NCBI GenBank assembly: GCA_012295275.1
Contig: CM022665.1
Location: 18,290,001 to 18,354,000, forward strand
Reading direction: 5' to 3'
Length of the DNA: 64,000 nucleotides
Source: Chrysomallon squamiferum
Taxonomy: Eukaryota > Animalia > Mollusca
Shown here: piece by piece, positions 57,886-64,000 of the stretch
How the letters are laid out: every line of letters begins with the position of its first letter
Numbering within the stretch: position 1 is the stretch's first letter
The notes under the pieces: generated by a model
What the model was told of the DNA's origin: nothing
The model's input: the letters and a program-made list of their open reading frames with translations, nothing else
The model's database searches: none
Position numbers and translations under genes: made by a program

Positions 57886-60800
57886 AGTTATAAAACATTA
57901 AATTGTGAATTTTTTTTTTTCATGTAATAGGCTCCAAATAAATTATTTTTGTTGGCTGAAATGAAAATGTTACAAGTTATATTGTTCAATTATGATGCAA
58001 TAAATATTTACATAACAAACTTTGTTTGGTTTCAGTATTATTTAATCCAGTATGTGTATCTTGTTTCCATATTTAGAAGATAGAAATACGTGTAAGCTGT
58101 CAAACATTTTACCTCTTTTTTTATTGAAAATCTTTAAGCACAGAACGTGTAAATCAAACTATATAGATTCAGAGACTAATGACTCCTCTTTCATTAAAAT
58201 GAGAAAAATTATTTACTTAACATAAGTTGTCTAAAATCTTAATGAGTGCATGTGCATGTGTGAATGGAATATGAAAGTGACTCTTAAAAACATTTATAGT
58301 CAAATATGTATGCATATATGTTCCTTTGTTGCATATCTTTGTATTGTCTGTGTGTGTGTTACATTAAACACTGGTGCAGACAATTGATTATTCACATACA
58401 AATGGTTTATTCAGCTGTTAGAAGTCATTTGCATAATGTGTGAAGGAGATTTATTTTTTTATTATACAGTGAACTGGAAAATTAAATATTTTTATTTATT
58501 TTAAACATCTGCCAGTGAAATTTTCTCAATAAATTATATTCACTGACAGATCCAAATTAAACTAAAACTGTATTTTCCATCACTTAGGAACAAAATGTGG
58601 CTGTTGAAAACTGGATTGCAATTAAAATGTCAAAAAAGAAACTGATAGTTGTTTTCAATAAATGTACACCATTGATTTTTACTTTATTTTATTTTTTATT
58701 TTATTTTTTGACTTTAGATAGGACCATCATCATGGTACTAATTTTTGCATTTTTTTTTTTTTTTTTAATTTATGATATTATTAAACTTTAATATCCTAGA
58801 AAAATAAATATTTTTCTTTATTATTATTTTTTATTTCTGTTGCATCATTTTTCTTTATATTTATTTTACCTTTAAACTGATCTATTTTTATTATTTTATT
58901 TCTGTTCATTTGTTTCATGTTGCATTTTTTAAATTTTATGTTTTTAATTTTTTAATTGTCATTATATATATTTTTTTCAAGTTCTAAATATTTGTTCTTA
59001 CTTTTTTTATTTTTTTTATTTATTATTATTTTAATTCTGTGAATTTACTGAAAGAACACATTTTTTTAATTTTAAAATTAAAATAAAACAAAAATAATTA
59101 ACAACTAATGTTGATATCAAATAATTTTATTACCACAAAGTATACATGGATAAATATACACATTTTTTTTTTCCTAAACCAACACAACAGACATCAACTA
59201 ACACAAATAAGTTACAGGAATGTCCAACAGAAATTAAAAAATACAATAACTGACACTTCTGCAAGAAGTGTATTTAAGTTTCAAAAAATAAAAGTGCAGG
59301 AAAAAAGATAATAATTGCTTTGCAGCTTACAAAAGAAAAATTAAATTTAATAAATATAGTGAAAATAAATAAATAAAACATTTAGCTTAAAAACCTAAAA
59401 CCTAAAAACTATATATATATATAAAGAATACACAAGAACATTATTTACTTGTGTGTAAATGAATAAAGCAAAACATCTGAAGTAGCAAAATTAAAAGCAA
59501 CCAAAAAAATTGATTTAGCTTGCATAAATTTTAAATCAGTTTTTAAAAATGAAATGAATAAAAACTGAAAAAAGCATTTTAAAATTGACAAATGCAGCTT
59601 TCAGCTTACAGAAAAGTAAAAATTTGAAGAATAAAAAAAGTACCGACATTATTACAGATATCTCACTTTCTTGCTAATACTGCTGTTTATTTTCTACATA
59701 GTAAAAGGTCCCTTGCTGCTATATTAAAGAATAAACAACAAGGGCAGCAGCAAATATCCTTTTTTGTTCAAAACAAAATAATGGAGACTTAATGATTTAC
59801 ACAACAAAGGAATGAGTAGATATTAATTAAAAATAAATTTAATAAAATTACTTTGTAAGGATAAGCAGGGTGAGAGATTTAAATAAAACAATAAAAAAAA
59901 AATGTTAAAAAGGTAACAATATGATCACTACAGTAGTCAGACAATTAACCACTTGCAGTAATGTTAAAATATTAATAGCTGAAATGTTAATGGTCGAAAT
60001 CTTGTAGACTCAACCACTTGTTAACTGATGAATCACTGTACAGTATGATTCACATGATTACAGAAATAGAAAACATTAAAATACCCTGTTTAAGTATTGT
60101 GTGCTTTGTAAAAATATGTATTAATTTAAGTCTGAAATTTATAACTGTCTTGAATGAAGACAAAAGAAACAATTTATTCCTTAAAATTTCTGTTTTTTGG
60201 AAGTATACATGCATGCATCTGCAACACACACGCGCACACACACACACACACACACACACAGAGATACGAAATCGATTGTTTATTTTATTCTTGTTTTAAT
60301 TTTGTTTTTTGGAATATTTAAAAATTCACAAAAAATAAGTACAGTTCTTTTCCCAATAAAATGATTATCCAATTAATTTTATAATTAGAATGTGGAAAAA
60401 TCCTCCAGAACTACAATATATAAAAAAATACAAATTAAATTACTACACAAATGAAACTGAATTATTCAATTTTTAAAATAAAATGACTTGAAATGATTAA
60501 ATTTTCAATTCCATTCCAGTAATAATATATGTAATTATATGTACATTTTTGACATAGATAAAATTTCTGAATAATAATATTAAGAAAATTATAATGTATA
60601 ATTGTTATGAATCAAATTTTTAAGATTATCATGAATTAAAATGGTGAAAAAAATTTCAACAGTGATCACAAATCTACAAACTAATTCTTATTATCATTTT
60701 CAAGCTATAATTATAAACATTTCAAAAGCGATGTATATAACATAAATATTTTATAAAAAAATCCAGTCACCTGCACCAAATATTTATATTTTACGGAGTA

Positions 60801-62288
60801 CTAGATGAAGCACATTGTAAGAACATTTACCCATGTTAAAATAAAAACTATGTAAAAAAAAAAAAAAAAAAAATTAAAAAACATAAAAAAAAACATTGAG
60901 TATTTGTTCATACTTATAATGATAAATATGACAATTCAAAATATACTCAACAAAGAAATTTATGGAACATTTTTAATTTTTTATACTCTACACAATCAAT
61001 AAAAAAAAGAGAAAAAAAAAGAGATAAATTTTGATCTACAACTGATCTATAATTGATATCATGTTGTCATTTACTAACTAATTTATAATCAAGGTTTAGA
61101 TTTATTTTCTTGAAAGTCTTTAAACTTAATTCAAGTAAAATTATAAAAACTGGTTATTGGGGGAAGGGCTGTTGTTTTTTATTTTTTATTTTATTTTATT
61201 TTATTATTTAAATTTTTTTTTAGTGAAAGGCAAGTGGGCATAAATTAATAAAGAACAAAATAAAATTTTAAAGTAATTAATAATAAACTGGGCAAGATGC
61301 ATAAATACTGACCAAGTTCTGAAACAAAAACCCCCCAGTAAAATAACAGTAAGGACTGATGTATCTTTCTAAATACACAAATTCTTGTTTAATTTATTTT
61401 ATTTTTATTTTAAATTTTATTTATGATTTTTTTAACTATTGTATCTAAACAAAACCACTAAATAAAACAATATATTTAAAAAAAATAATAATAATAATAA
61501 TAAAAAAAATGTTCTCTGCTATCTTGGTGACTATTTAATAAATCATTTTTACAAACTTATTATTAGACAGCTCTTCCAAGGCATCACATAATAAATCAAG
61601 AAATTTTCACAGCATACAAATTATCTCCCTTGAAAACATCTTACGAAACACCTTCTGAACTTGCAATATGGTAGGTTTGACAACTTAAGTAATTTAAGTT
61701 ATTGTGACATTTTACCTAAACTTTGACCCTGACCATGACCCTAGATGTAAATTTATAATAATTTATAATTCATAATGACTCTAATCTAAAATAAATTAAC
61801 TCTAATCTTAACCATACCATAACCCTAATCTGTTGAAGTAACATTTGATGTTGTGAGTATCAAAAGTTGCTTTCCCTTGCACAGTGTCACCAGATTCAAC
61901 ATTAGTTAAAAAAAAAATGGACACAATTAATGAATACTGTATTTAGTTGGCAACATTAGGAAGATAATACTTTCTGTGATTTAGAATTTGTACAATGAAA
62001 ACAAACCCTTAACAACAGTACCAGGTTAATTCACAGCTCCAGTCTATAAAAAAAACCCATCTTTGTATTTTTGTTAATGATGCATGTGTGTAGCCTGACA
62101 AATTTTATTGTACATGAAAGCAAAACAGAGAATGAGTATATCTGCCTATACACACACACACACGTGTGTGTGTGTGTGTTTTTATATGTATGTACGTATG
62201 TATATATACATAAGAATATACACATACATTCAGACATAAAAATACATATTCTGATATGCATCTGCATGCAAACAAACACACTCATCTG

Positions 62289-62292
<4 letters not shown>

Positions 62293-62333
<41 letters not shown>

Positions 62334-62486
62334 ATGTATAGTAAAACACTGATTTATAATGAGTGTGGTACTGTTGTAATTTTACTGTAAAGCAGTATCT
62401 ATATTATTTAAATACTTTTACAACAAAGGAGAGTTATCGAGTTATTCAGCACACACAAACACACACACACACACCTGTTTATATGC

Positions 62487-62520
<34 letters not shown>

Positions 62521-62680
62521 GAGGAGGAGGAGGAGGAGGAGGAGGATAACAGTATTAATAATAACAATAATAATAATTAATATTAATAATGATACTTCTA
62601 TTAATAATATGAAGAGTAATAATGATACTACTACTACTACTATTACTAATAATAATAATTATAATGATAATGATAATACT
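62293..62680. repeat. Microsatellite cluster: (TG)n, (AC)n, (AAT)n, (AGG)n, (ACT)n
   Basis: Direct reading; explains the poly-I and poly-R ORFs. Confidence 0.85.
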
Positions 62681-64000
62681 ACTCTTTGTAATCACACAAG
62701 CTAATGATGATACATATGAATACAAGCATAAATACCTAAAAGGTGACAAGTCAAAGGTCAGAGTTCATTTCAAATACCAATGCATATAAATTTATGAACA
62801 TTAATAAGGTATCATTTCAGTTTTAATACAAGAAGAAATCTCCAAAAACAAATATATATTAATAAATACAAATAAAAATAGATATTAAATAAGAATAAAA
62901 ATTGATATTAAACAAAAATAAAAATATACATACTGGAAAGAAAATTATTTTAATACCTCCAGTTTTAGATATATAGACACACACATACACACAATTTTAA
63001 TTATATCCATGTATACCAGACAAAAAAAAGAAATGCTAGTATTTCAAAAACCAGCATCTATCAAGTTTTACCTTATTTAGGCTTTTTTCTTTTTTCTCTA
63101 GCTGTAGTTCAATAAGCTTGCAAGAAATAATGTTCAATGACATGCCTATTTTGGTTATGTGAATTAAACAGGCATTAAAATAGACTCATCATGGTTTGAA
63201 CATATAGCCTAAATGAAGGTAAAAAAGTAATTCTGATATATTGAAAAACAGAACAATTATTTTTAATATTATTATTATTATTTACTGTTGATAAAAGTAA
63301 ACAAGTAAAATGGAGTACGATTTCATTTGATTGTATCTGCTAATTTTTTTTTTATTACTATTACTTATTTTTTTTTATGAGATAAGGCTTCACGAAAAAT
63401 TTGACTACAAATTCACAAAAGTAAATAAATAAATAAATGATTAAAGTTTATATTAAAAAGAGGAAAAAATGGCAGCTTCATGCATGTTTTATCAAGGTCA
63501 GACTTTATTTTTAACAAAGTCTGGTAACTAGTAAAGCAAATAAAACAGTATCTTTTAAGTACACGTAACATATTTAGCTTTAAGTACTATAAGAGTTTAT
63601 TTTTTCTAAAAATTGGATACGCTGCACACATACATAAACAAAAATTATTATTATTATTACAAACAAACAGGATTACTGCTTCAGATTAAGAACTTAATAA
63701 TAAAGAATATTCATGAATATATTAAACACAATTACATTTTTGATTAAATACACAAAAGAATAAATAAAAAATAAACACTAAACAGCTATTTAATTTTTTT
63801 TTAAATGTGCAGATAAAAAAACATTTGCTGATTAAATAGATATTATATTTCAAGAAATAATTATTCTGAAAGGAATAGGTGAAAATTAATGTATATTTTT
63901 TGACTGAATAAAAAGTAAATTTTTATAACACAGTACTATGGGGGGGGATGTGTATGTGGGTGTATATATGTTATTTTAATTATTTACTTTTTTCTAAACT

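Noticed and set aside
61700-61880. taaccct/tgaccct-like short repeats, possibly telomere-like or a transposon interior
   Set aside because: Too degenerate and short; boundaries cannot be supported.
55355-64000. Possible additional protein-coding gene in the final 8.6 kb
   Set aside because: The ORFs are low-complexity or microsatellite-derived and I found no exon with credible splice sites and protein motifs; more likely UTR or intergenic DNA.

Overview
AT-rich, microsatellite-rich animal genomic DNA with spliceosomal introns. It is probably an invertebrate such as a mollusc or cephalopod, inferred from composition and protein style only. I rebuilt five intron-containing genes by hand from splice sites and reading-frame phase: QRSL1/GatA (minus strand, 5' part only, runs off the window start), a TIGAR-like histidine phosphatase (plus, head-to-head with QRSL1), cortactin (minus, complete, 6.5 repeats plus SH3), the Polycomb gene EED/esc (minus, complete, with one U12-type intron) and NUS1/NgBR (plus, head-to-head with EED). 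The main structural feature is a near-identical ~9.7 kb tandem duplication (23587-33272 and 33273-43013) with a 6-bp TCCTTT microhomology at the junction. It leaves both parent genes intact and creates a third, chimeric unit: cortactin promoter and first four coding exons joined to EED exons 7-12 and the EED 3' end. A haplotype or assembly artefact cannot be excluded from sequence alone. Mobile elements are a 2.8 kb Sola2-like element with ~630-bp TIRs in NUS1 intron 2, three Tc2/pogo-like MITEs and two Tigger-like MITEs, one of which resembles mammalian Tigger4b. The last ~8.6 kb has no recognisable coding exons. Most short ORFs in the supplied track are microsatellite or antisense artefacts.
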